A stretch of 34,597 nucleotides of DNA from an uncultured Alphaproteobacteria bacterium (GTDB taxonomy: Bacteria > Pseudomonadota > Alphaproteobacteria > Rs-D84), in NCBI GenBank assembly GCA_947053455.1, contig CAMRSV010000007.1, positions 1-34,597 on the forward strand, given 5' to 3'. The notes below the pieces were generated by a model, which ran no database searches, was not told the DNA's origin, and was given only the letters and a program-made list of their open reading frames with translations. A program made the translations under genes and the position numbers. This document shows, in pieces, positions 26,395 through 34,597 of the stretch. How positions within the stretch are numbered: position 1 is the first letter of the stretch; each line of letters starts with the position of its first letter.

Positions 26395-27429
26395 TTATAA
26401 CAGAAAACGTCCGGCCTTTGCACACACACCATGGGCAAGTGTTGTCCAGCATATAATCCCAACAGCCGTAATTACCGGCATTATTGTTACAACCCCGAAC
26501 GCGCACAACAGTGCCGCCCAAACCATTTTATCCAATTTTGCAGGAACCCTTTCCGCATGCCATATAGACATAGCAAACATTGCGAATAAAATCACAACCG
26601 TTCCCAGAAATACCGGCACGGATTCAGTCATCAAAAACAGCGCAGCACACAACGCCGCCAGAAAACGCGTCATCCATTTTAATTTTATATATGCAGACTG
26701 GTGTATCCGTCCTTTGGGCTTTATATTTCGCAAAGCCAGTGTCGCCGCAACCAATGCGCCGCAAATTAGCAATGCCACCATATGAATCAGCGTTAAATTA
26801 CCCAACTGACCAAACCGGAAAAATTCCGGCTGCATCAATAATATTGTTACCACCGCCAATATAATTATGCTTGTCGTTAAAATAGCGCCAACATCACGCC
26901 GCATTGCGCGTCCAATCAACGCACCGCATAGTACCGCCGACGCCTGCAGCAAAAAGCCGAAAAAATTCGGTGCACCAAACAGTCCCGCAAAAACCGCGAC
27001 CAACGCCACAAATCCCAAACGCATCGCACGCGGATGGCGGCGGAATCGTTCAGGGACACATTCCGGCATCGGTTTATTGATTGTGCGCAAACCACGAACA
27101 ATTAGCGCCGACAGCACAAATAAAATAACGGCAATCGCATACGGCAGCAACGATACACCATCACGCAAAACACCGTAATTGCCCCCCATTACAATCACCC
27201 AACCAAAAACCATGACATAAAATATCAATGAATAATTAAACAACGCGTTTTTCTGATTGCCGAGTCCCGGCCAAACCGTTTGATTTTCAATAAAATATGC
27301 CCCACAGGCATAAACCAACCAAAACAACGGCAACATTAAAAGCCCAACCCAAAAGAACATTGGCGCCGCCAATGCCGCGTTATTAAACGCACTGACCGCA
27401 CTTTGAACAATAATCGCATCATTAAACAT
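26395..27429 (-). CDS. Hypothetical polytopic membrane protein
   Basis: Start moved to MFNDAII (AAGG upstream; the longer ORF overlaps the divergent methyltransferase). About 10 hydrophobic segments. Confidence 0.75.
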   Translation of the reverse strand: MFNDAIIVQSAVSAFNNAALAAPMFFWVGLLMLPLFWLVYACGAYFIENQTVWPGLGNQKNALFNYSLIFYVMVFGWVIVMGGNYGVLRDGVSLLPYAIAVILFVLSALIVRGLRTINKPMPECVPERFRRHPRAMRLGFVALVAVFAGLFGAPNFFGFLLQASAVLCGALIGRAMRRDVGAILTTSIIILAVVTILLMQPEFFRFGQLGNLTLIHMVALLICGALVAATLALRNIKPKGRIHQSAYIKLKWMTRFLAALCAALFLMTESVPVFLGTVVILFAMFAMSIWHAERVPAKLDKMVWAALLCAFGVVTIMPVITAVGIICWTTLAHGVCAKAGRFLL

Positions 27430-27469
27430 AAACTTGCCTTTTGATTTTGTTGAATTATTATATATTGGT

Positions 27470-28153
27470 ATGACCGAAAAACAAGAAATTTTTACCTTGA
27501 TGGATGGGCGCATTAAAATGCGGCGCGGCCGATATAATCCTACATCCGACGCGGTATGGCTGGCGTCATTTATATCAAGCACCCCAAAAACTATTTTAGA
27601 TGTTGGAATCGGAACAGGCGCCGTCGCACTATGCGCGTCGGTGCGCAACCCATCGGCGCAAATAACTGGAATTGACGTGTCAAGCGAAATGCTGACCGAG
27701 TGCGCGTCAAACGCGGCGCTAAATGGAATCAATATAGAACTGATTCTGGGCGACATATTAAACTGGAAAACCGACCGGACATTCGACCTGGTAATGACAA
27801 ATCCGCCGTATTTCAAGGGCTCGCCGGCGCATCATAACGCGCATCACAACGCAGATTTAGGCGCATGGACGGCTCGATGCGTCGCACGCGTACGGCCACG
27901 CGGTACATTTATTACAATTGTTGATGCGGCATGCACCGCAACCGTAATATCCGCAATGACGCACGCATGCGGTGATATTCAAATTTTTCCACTGTTTGGT
28001 GCAAAAAACACGGCGGAGCGCGTACTTATCGGCGGCCGCGTCGGTACCAAGGGCGGCAGCAAAATATATCAGGGGCTGTCCATGAATACCGACGCAATTT
28101 TACGTGACGGCTTGACTATTGATGCAATATTGGCTATGCTGGGGCAGTCATGA
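27470..28153 (+). CDS. SAM-dependent N6-adenine methyltransferase, tRNA1(Val) A37 (YfiC/TrmM)-like
   Basis: DAVWLASF, motif I LDVGIGTG, motif IV NPPYF, AERVLI. Start moved to MTEKQ. Confidence 0.82.
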   Translation: MTEKQEIFTLMDGRIKMRRGRYNPTSDAVWLASFISSTPKTILDVGIGTGAVALCASVRNPSAQITGIDVSSEMLTECASNAALNGINIELILGDILNWKTDRTFDLVMTNPPYFKGSPAHHNAHHNADLGAWTARCVARVRPRGTFITIVDAACTATVISAMTHACGDIQIFPLFGAKNTAERVLIGGRVGTKGGSKIYQGLSMNTDAILRDGLTIDAILAMLGQS

Positions 28154-29427
28154 TTAACTTTATAACACGATATTTTACATCACTATGGGCGTTTATAACG
28201 TCGCCGGTTCGTGCGATATGGCGCATAATTGTGCGTTTTTTTCCGCCCCGCGAATTTACCGTAATGGACACCCCACGCGGCAATGTGTATACATTCCGGC
28301 AAAGTAGTTTTTGGCGTTTTACAAAATTCTGCGGCAAAATAGGGCTGATTATATGGGCGACATGGTCCACATATGTATTCGTATATCATCGCCCATTGCT
28401 GCAAAAGCGCACCCAGCAACTAGAAGAAGCACGCACCGCACATACCCGTCAAATGAGTGATTTACAAACCTATTTGAAAAAATACAATGATTTGACACGC
28501 GAACTGAATGTCATTGACGACAAGATATTAAATACGAAAAAATTGACCGACGCAGATCGCGAAAAATTAATGGATGGGCGTCTAAAAACATGGGGAGAGC
28601 TGGACTTCTTGCGGGCGCGGCTGACTGAAATGTTCACAAACGAAGATTATGCCCCGGAATACACGAAACTATCGGAACTGTCGGCGGAATATGAGCTGAC
28701 ACGTGCCGAAAACGAAGAATTAAAAAAACGCAACGCCCAAGTAATTGAAAACATGCAGTCTGTTGCGGATGCAGACACCCAGATTGTCGATTTAGTATCA
28801 AAAATGACGTCTGAAAAAACAGATGAATTGAAAGCAAACCTGAAAAGAATCAACAGTTCAATCGCCAGTCTGGGGTTAAGTCAAAATATACTGGTTAAGA
28901 ATGCCAATAAATATTCCAGCCCATTAGTCGGGGCGGCATTTAATCCGCTAGAGATAGACAAGGAAATGGATCCAAAATATCAAAAACTGGCGGACGCATT
29001 GGAATTGTGGCACGGGCTGGCAAAACTGAAATCAATTTTGCCGATTGGCGCACCGGTGGCGAAAATGCGTGTCACATCAAATTACGGAATGCGCAACGAC
29101 CCATTTAACGGAAAACCAAAAAAACACCGCGGCATTGATTTTGCCGGGAAAATAGGTACCGAACTTATGGCGGTTGCGCCGGGGCGCGTTGTATCCGCTG
29201 GCGAACGCGTCGGATATGGCACAACGGTTGAAATTGATCACGGACTCGGATTTTCAACATTGTACGCGCACTTGTCGCAAATAACGGTTTCGCGCGGCGA
29301 CTGGGTCAGACCCGGAACCGTCGTGGGACTGGGCGGTTCATCGGGTCGTTCAACCGGACCGCACCTTCATTATGAAATACGGTACAAGGGAACGCCGTTT
29401 GACCCAACAAAATTTGTAAAGGAATGA
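28150..29427 (+). CDS. M23-family metallo-endopeptidase with N-terminal TM and coiled coil
   Basis: TSNYGMRNDPF, HRGID, LYAHL, GRSTGPHLHYE. ATGA overlap with the upstream gene. Confidence 0.92.
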   Translation: MINFITRYFTSLWAFITSPVRAIWRIIVRFFPPREFTVMDTPRGNVYTFRQSSFWRFTKFCGKIGLIIWATWSTYVFVYHRPLLQKRTQQLEEARTAHTRQMSDLQTYLKKYNDLTRELNVIDDKILNTKKLTDADREKLMDGRLKTWGELDFLRARLTEMFTNEDYAPEYTKLSELSAEYELTRAENEELKKRNAQVIENMQSVADADTQIVDLVSKMTSEKTDELKANLKRINSSIASLGLSQNILVKNANKYSSPLVGAAFNPLEIDKEMDPKYQKLADALELWHGLAKLKSILPIGAPVAKMRVTSNYGMRNDPFNGKPKKHRGIDFAGKIGTELMAVAPGRVVSAGERVGYGTTVEIDHGLGFSTLYAHLSQITVSRGDWVRPGTVVGLGGSSGRSTGPHLHYEIRYKGTPFDPTKFVKE

Positions 29428-29431
29428 TAAA

Positions 29432-29788
29432 ATGCTGGCATTTACAAACGCAAATGAAAAACAATCTCCGACAATAATCGGTGCCGGATGCAAATTGACC
29501 GGTGACATAAAGACGGATCACACCGTTCAAATCCACGGCCAGGTAAACGGAAACATAACCGCGGACACAGTCGTAATTGGACGTGGCGGATGCGTGACGG
29601 GACGTATCATAGCCGCAAATCTGTTCTTGCATGGCGCACTGGATGGGCCGGCCACTGTAAATATCGCAAATGTGTTTAGCGCAGCGCAAATGACCGGAAC
29701 ACTGTCATACCACACGTTAAATATAACTGGTAACACGGGATTGGAATGCAAATTATCAAAGCGCAAAGACAAGGAAAAAGCCGCATGA
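29432..29788 (+). CDS. Bactofilin (polymer-forming cytoskeletal protein)
   Basis: TIIG...GDI...IHGQVNGNI...IGRGG.V.G.I.A beta-helix repeats, directly after the M23 peptidase. Confidence 0.9.
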   Translation: MLAFTNANEKQSPTIIGAGCKLTGDIKTDHTVQIHGQVNGNITADTVVIGRGGCVTGRIIAANLFLHGALDGPATVNIANVFSAAQMTGTLSYHTLNITGNTGLECKLSKRKDKEKAA

Positions 29789-30228
29789 AAAACACATCAA
29801 AAATTTATATAGCGGGCGACCATCGCGGGGTGGGGCTGAAACTGTACTTGATTGAAATGTTGACCGCGGCGGGATATATGGTAATAAACATGGGCGTGGA
29901 TGACCCAAACACACCGGTTGATTTTCCGGACATTACGGCGGCCGTTGCCGATGCAATGTTGGGTGATGAAAGTGCGCGCGCCATTTTGATTTGTGGAACC
30001 GGCGCCGGTGTTACAATTGCCGCGAATCGCTATCGCCATTTGCGCGCGACACGCTGCGACCGCCCCGAACAGGCACGCGCAGACCGCATTCATGATGATA
30101 TAAATGTATTGGCCTTGGCGGCGGATGATATTGATATAGAAGTTGCATTCATGTGCGTTCGGGAATTCTTGGAAACACCATTCGACAGCAGTGAACGCCG
30201 CATCCGCAGATTACAAAAAATATCATAA
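29785..30228 (+). CDS. rpiB: RpiB/LacA/LacB family sugar-phosphate isomerase
   Basis: GDHRG, DFPD, LICGTGAG, AANR, HDDINVLAL. ATGA overlap. Confidence 0.9.
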   Translation: MKNTSKIYIAGDHRGVGLKLYLIEMLTAAGYMVINMGVDDPNTPVDFPDITAAVADAMLGDESARAILICGTGAGVTIAANRYRHLRATRCDRPEQARADRIHDDINVLALAADDIDIEVAFMCVREFLETPFDSSERRIRRLQKIS

Positions 30229-30266
30229 AAGAAACAGCGCCGAAATTATGGCGCTGTTTCTTTTAT
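30225..30266. terminator. Bidirectional terminator
   Basis: ATAAAAGAAACAGCGCC...GGCGCTGTTTCTTTTAT. Confidence 0.75.
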
Positions 30267-30281
30267 GCCGGCCGACGCCGC

Positions 30282-30755
30282 TTACTTTAACTTTTGCAAA
30301 TTTGCCGCCAATATTTTATTAACATGCGGGTTATATTTAAACTGACTCCAAGAATCACCAATTACATATTCAGATAACGGGCGCCCATAACTGGCAACCT
30401 CTTGCTCGTGCACCAAATCCAAACTGCGAATATCCGGCACCGGCAGCCGATTTTTTAAGACAAAGCGCTGAACATATGCGCAACAACCCGGAACCAGATA
30501 ATCGTTTTTCAAACTTTCAAAATTCAATTCGCCACCATTATGAGCCTTGCACCCAGCCACACCCGTTCCACGACGCCCAACATCTGAACAATAGCATTTG
30601 CATTTTCCGGTTTCTAAATCCAGATTATCACACGCCACCCGTGTTAAGAAAACATTTCCATCAGTATCAATATACTTTACCAGACAGCAAAGCCCACACT
30701 TGCGGCACACTTCCTCCCATGCTGGACTGCCGGGAATTATTTCATTCTTTACCAT
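30282..30755 (-). CDS. YcgN-like CxxCxxCC cysteine-cluster protein
   Basis: WEEVCRKCGLCCLVK, TRVAC..LD...C..Y, P..CAY. Confidence 0.85.
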   Translation of the reverse strand: MVKNEIIPGSPAWEEVCRKCGLCCLVKYIDTDGNVFLTRVACDNLDLETGKCKCYCSDVGRRGTGVAGCKAHNGGELNFESLKNDYLVPGCCAYVQRFVLKNRLPVPDIRSLDLVHEQEVASYGRPLSEYVIGDSWSQFKYNPHVNKILAANLQKLK

Positions 30756-30762
30756 GACAAAC

Positions 30763-33162
30763 TTATTTCTTTATAACAAAATTAACCATCTTTTTAGGAA
30801 CGACAATTGTCTTTATTATTTCCGCACCCGCCAATTTTGCGCCGGCCACATTTTTTGCCGCGGCAACCAATTCAGGTTCGGCAATATCCACCGGTATTCT
30901 AAAATCAGTCACACGTTTTCCGTTAACCGACACAACAACCGTCATTTCCGTTTCAACCAATTTTGACGCGTCAAAGGATGGCCATGGCGACACGGCCAGC
31001 ATTTGCGAATGCCCAATCTTTTCCCACATTTCTTCGGTCAAATGCGGTGCAAACGGGTTCAAAACCTGCAACAACGCCTCATAGGCGGGGCGGGGCATTT
31101 TACCCGGAAATGCATTGATATATTCCATCATTGCCGAAATCGCGGTATTAAAACGCATCGCGTCAATTCGTTCTGTCACATCTGCAATTAAACGGTTTAT
31201 CAAACGTTCCTGATTAGCATCTGGCGCACCGTCCGTTAAATTTTCCGCCATTGCCTCTACACGTTTAAGGAATCTTTGAACACCGGCCAGGGCACCCTCG
31301 GACCAATTGACATTTGAGTCCCACGGTCCCAACGACAATACCGTTGTTCGTGCCGCATCGGCGCCAACAGCCGCAATTTTTTCATCAACCTGGAACCCAT
31401 TGCCAGACGATTTTGACATCTTTTTACCGTCACTGCCCATCAACAAACCGTTTGTAGTTCTTTTTTTATACGGTTCGGGCGTATTTACCACCCCCAAGTC
31501 AAATAAAGCCTTGTGCCAAAAACGCGAATAAATCAAATGACGCGTGTTGTGTTCGTTGCCGCCGTTGTAATGGCTGACCGGCATCCATTTTTCCATTTGC
31601 GATTTGGAACAAAACGCATCATTGTTATGCGGATCCAAATAACGCATGTAATACCACGACGAACCAGCCCATTGCGGCATTGTATCCGTTTCACGCCGCG
31701 CAGCGCCCCCGCATTTGGGGCAGGTGGTGTTAACCCAATCTGATGCGCGTGCCAATGGCGATTCCCCATCGGCGGTTGGACGAAAATCCTCCATATAAGG
31801 CTGCATCAAGGGCAATTCGGAATCCGGCACAGGAACCCAGCCGCATTTTTCACAATTAACCAACGGAATCGGTTCCCCCCAATACATTTGGCGCGAAAAT
31901 CCCCAATCACCCATTCGAAAACGAACTTTTGGGCGCGCAAAGCCGTGCGATTCACCAAATTTAATGGCGGCATCAATCGCATCTTTTTTGTCCATGCCGT
32001 CCATAAAACCTGAATTAATATGCGGTCCATCATCCTCCCATGCGCAATCGGAAACGTCGCCGCCGGCCAAAACCTGAATAATCGGCAAATTGAATTTTTT
32101 CGCAAAATCGTAATCGCGGCTATCATGCGCCGGCACCGCCATAATAGTCCCATGTGCATATCCGGCCAAAACATAATCCGCAACAAAAACAGGTATTTCG
32201 CCCCCGGTAAACGGGTTTACGGCCATTATGCCATCCAATTTTACACCTGTTTTTTCCTTGGTCACGTCCGTACGGTCAATTTCGGATTTTGCCGCCGAAC
32301 GACGGATATATTCACGCACTTCGTCCGCATTTGAAATACGTCCATCGTTTAGCCATTTCGCCAATAATTTATGTTCCGGCGCAATGGCGCAAAACGTAAC
32401 CCCAAAAATTGTATCCGGACGCGTGGTGTATACAGTCATAATGTCTTCGCCAACTTTGAAATCGACATCGGCACCTTGTGATTTACCAATCCAGTTTATC
32501 TGGTCACGCTTTACCTTTTCTGGATAATCAACCAACTTCAAATCTTCAAGTAATTTATCAGCATACTTTGTAATAGCCAGATTCCACTGCATTTTTTCAC
32601 GAATCTCAACTTCGCCATGACAACGGTTACACTTGCCATCTTCCAGTTCTTCATTGGTCAATGTAGTGCGACAATTCGGGCACCAATTCATCGGCAACAT
32701 TGATTTATACGCCAACCCGGCATTAAAGAAGCGAATAAACATCCACTGGGTCCACTTGATAAATTCCGGATCTGATGTCGCAACCTGGGAATCTAAATCA
32801 ATCGACCATCCCATATCCATCATATTTTTAGTAAAGCGCGTTATCAATTCGCGAACAACAACGGATGGGTGCCGCCCGATTTTCGTTGCATAATTTTCCG
32901 CAGAAATCCCCAAAGAATCAAACCCCAGCGGAAACAGAACATCATATCCCTGCATGCGACGAAAACGCGCCATTACATCACACCCTGTGTAATTCAACAT
33001 ATGCCCACCGTGCAACCCGGAACCAGACGGGAAGGGGAACTCGGCCAGCATATAAAACGGCTCTTTTTTCCCGTCGTTTTGTGGCGTAAAAACACGCGCT
33101 TCGCCCCAGCGCTTTTGCCATTTCGCCTCGCGTTCATGAATTTTCTGTATATCATCCGCCAT
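30763..33162 (-). CDS. leuS: Leucine--tRNA ligase
   Basis: FPFPSGSGLHGGH (HIGH-like), editing domain YTTRPDT...MAVPAHDSRD, SRQMYWGEPIP, KMSKS. Confidence 0.97.
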   Translation of the reverse strand: MADDIQKIHEREAKWQKRWGEARVFTPQNDGKKEPFYMLAEFPFPSGSGLHGGHMLNYTGCDVMARFRRMQGYDVLFPLGFDSLGISAENYATKIGRHPSVVVRELITRFTKNMMDMGWSIDLDSQVATSDPEFIKWTQWMFIRFFNAGLAYKSMLPMNWCPNCRTTLTNEELEDGKCNRCHGEVEIREKMQWNLAITKYADKLLEDLKLVDYPEKVKRDQINWIGKSQGADVDFKVGEDIMTVYTTRPDTIFGVTFCAIAPEHKLLAKWLNDGRISNADEVREYIRRSAAKSEIDRTDVTKEKTGVKLDGIMAVNPFTGGEIPVFVADYVLAGYAHGTIMAVPAHDSRDYDFAKKFNLPIIQVLAGGDVSDCAWEDDGPHINSGFMDGMDKKDAIDAAIKFGESHGFARPKVRFRMGDWGFSRQMYWGEPIPLVNCEKCGWVPVPDSELPLMQPYMEDFRPTADGESPLARASDWVNTTCPKCGGAARRETDTMPQWAGSSWYYMRYLDPHNNDAFCSKSQMEKWMPVSHYNGGNEHNTRHLIYSRFWHKALFDLGVVNTPEPYKKRTTNGLLMGSDGKKMSKSSGNGFQVDEKIAAVGADAARTTVLSLGPWDSNVNWSEGALAGVQRFLKRVEAMAENLTDGAPDANQERLINRLIADVTERIDAMRFNTAISAMMEYINAFPGKMPRPAYEALLQVLNPFAPHLTEEMWEKIGHSQMLAVSPWPSFDASKLVETEMTVVVSVNGKRVTDFRIPVDIAEPELVAAAKNVAGAKLAGAEIIKTIVVPKKMVNFVIKK

Positions 33163-33269
33163 TTTTTATTCCTATTGGTTAAAAATTTAAATCAATGAAA
33201 ACTTTAGACGTAATCGCGCATAAATTCAAGCTTTTTGTATAAAAAGACATTCGGATTTATATTATATTC

Positions 33270-33490
33270 TTGATTAAGAATTAACAAATGCGCCATAATT
33301 TAATTGACGCGAAGTGTTTTCGCGTTGGGGCGTCGAAACCTCTGAATCTGGATATCCGACAAAGCGGATATAAAAACAAAACTCCAATCTGGAAAACTAG
33401 GTTGGAGGAGGTGTAATATCAAACGAATAAACCCGCTATACCAGATTATAGTTTCGAACCTCTAACCACCTGATTTTACGATGGTTTTTT
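33270..33490 (+). ncRNA. C4-like antisense leader element, copy E
   Basis: Promoter TTGATT-18-CATAAT. 5' hairpin GACGCGAA/UUCGCGUU. Targets b UCGAAAC (33333-33339) and a AAUCUGG (33345-33351). Competing arm CUCCAAUCU. Core 33400-33467 GGUUGGAGG/CCUCUAACC with a' CCAGAUU and b' GUUUCGA. Weak terminator AACCA...UGGUU-UUUU. Confidence 0.78.
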
Positions 33491-33721
33491 ATGCAGAGAA
33501 AAATATATACTGTTGGTGCAAAATGACATGGCCGGCACTTTCAAACTGGGTTACAGTTGGGCACAGCTCATCCTGGAGCACCGCTTATAAAACAACAGAC
33601 GAATGCCTGCAAAAATGCGCAGAAAAATGTGCTGATTTTTCGAGACCCTCAACAATGATTAATAAATATAAAGCAACCATAGAAGAAGCCAACCAAATAG
33701 AATATTTTAAAAGGAAAAAAT
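33481..33721 (+). pseudogene. Probable 5'-truncated remnant of a Cys-rich protein gene
   Basis: YCWCKMTWPALSNWV...ECLQKCAEKCA has ordered Cys spacing but no signal peptide or RBS. The ATG lies inside the leader terminator, and the frame runs on over the next gene. Confidence 0.5.
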
Positions 33722-34012
33722 ATGAACAAAACAATAACTTATTTTGCTTTTTTTATTATTTGCACAAACACGTCTTATGCGGCACCACCGTCAGAAAATT
33801 GCCCAAACGGAATGATAAAAATAGAAAACAGCCTTTTAACCATTGCCTCAGACACATGCCCCACAGGACATACAACCATTGGGCAGGGTGCAACATCATG
33901 CCTGGCCACAACATCATTACAGGCGAAATGCACAATGTTTGCCTTAAAAAACACACCTTATTCAGACGATACTGGAATATATGAATATACATCAATATGC
34001 CCATTAAATTAA
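33722..34012 (+). CDS. Small Cys-rich secreted protein with the family C-terminal motif
   Basis: AAGGA RBS, signal peptide ending TSYA, CP.G repeats, C-terminus YSDDTGIYEYTSICPLN. Confidence 0.8.
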   Translation: MNKTITYFAFFIICTNTSYAAPPSENCPNGMIKIENSLLTIASDTCPTGHTTIGQGATSCLATTSLQAKCTMFALKNTPYSDDTGIYEYTSICPLN

Positions 34013-34013
34013 G

Positions 34014-34054
34014 AAAACTATGCGCTTTAATTTCCTTTAAAGCGCATGTTTTTT
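34014..34054 (+). terminator. Intrinsic terminator
   Basis: ATGCGCTTTAA...TTAAAGCGCAT followed by GTTTTTT. Confidence 0.7.
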
Positions 34055-34371
34055 CCACGACAAATACAATAAATAAATTTAATAAACCAAACCAACAATT
34101 TGATTATAGTTAATATATTTATAAATAAATTTATTTGACCCATTCACAAACTCCCAACACAACAATATCATTAACAAAAATCCATTTACCACACCAAAAT
34201 ACCTTTAATCATTACAATAAGCCCAAAACTTTATTTACACACATTCTGCACCGTATCGCCCCATCAACAATATATAACTATACATAATATACATTATGCG
34301 CCTTTGGCATTATATAGAAGACGAAATGCCCTGCGATATAAAACCAAGAAAAAACACACAAGGAGGAAACA

Positions 34372-34530
34372 ATGCCAAAAACAAGCAATCACACAAAGCA
34401 TAATAAGAAAAATGAAATTCAATTAAAATTATGCAAAATCTGCCAACAATTCATACAAAACAAAAATTTACAATCAAAAGTAATAAACATCATTAAACTA
34501 CACATTAACCCAGACAACAAAATGCCATAA
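34372..34530 (+). CDS. Possible 52-aa ORF or decayed gene
   Basis: AAGGAGG RBS 5 nt before ATG, but K/N/I/Q-rich composition in a strongly G-depleted region. Confidence 0.3.
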   Translation: MPKTSNHTKHNKKNEIQLKLCKICQQFIQNKNLQSKVINIIKLHINPDNKMP

Positions 34531-34597
34531 ACACATTCTATACGCCCCGAATCGATTAAAACCAAATAAGACCACCGACGCTGATTTTATATGCGGT

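Noticed and set aside
3846-33490. Leaders as T-boxes or known metabolite riboswitches
   Set aside because: No T-box UGGNACC bulge in a proper antiterminator and no recognisable aptamer consensus. The putative recognition loops differ between copies and co-vary with their own upstream sites, which fits antisense pairing. An Rfam scan is still needed.
33722-33984. C-terminal half of the 167-aa ORF 33481-33984 as real protein
   Set aside because: It overlaps in another frame the better-supported 33722-34012 gene, which has an RBS, signal peptide and family motif.

Overview
Core-chromosome segment of a small-genome alphaproteobacterium. The class is inferred from gcrA, lpxA-lpxB, the M23 peptidase-bactofilin pair, rpsA and tig. 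The many Cys-rich secreted proteins suggest an uncultured gut-type lineage (inference). Housekeeping content: tig, thyA, a SlyB-like lipoprotein, rpsA, adk, corA, acpS, gcrA, a prepilin peptidase, an HtrL-like protein, lpxB, lpxA, a tRNA m6A37-type methyltransferase, an M23 peptidase, bactofilin, rpiB, a YcgN-like protein, leuS and five tRNAs. The main discovery is a dispersed family of six non-coding leader elements: five complete and one cut by the window edge. Each is built as sigma70 promoter > 5' hairpin > target sites b and a > a competing hairpin > a 65-93 nt multi-stem RNA exposing segments a' and b' that are complementary to that copy's own targets > an overlapping intrinsic terminator > cargo gene. 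This is the architecture of the phage P1/P7 C4 and P4 CI antisense immunity RNAs. Here the copies have no phage genes nearby, each carries its own co-varying a/b code, and they mostly gate Cys-rich secreted proteins that share a C-terminal motif. Two tandem copies are 68/70 identical in the RNA core and differ only in a' and b', with compensating changes in their targets. All folding was done by eye and no searches were run.
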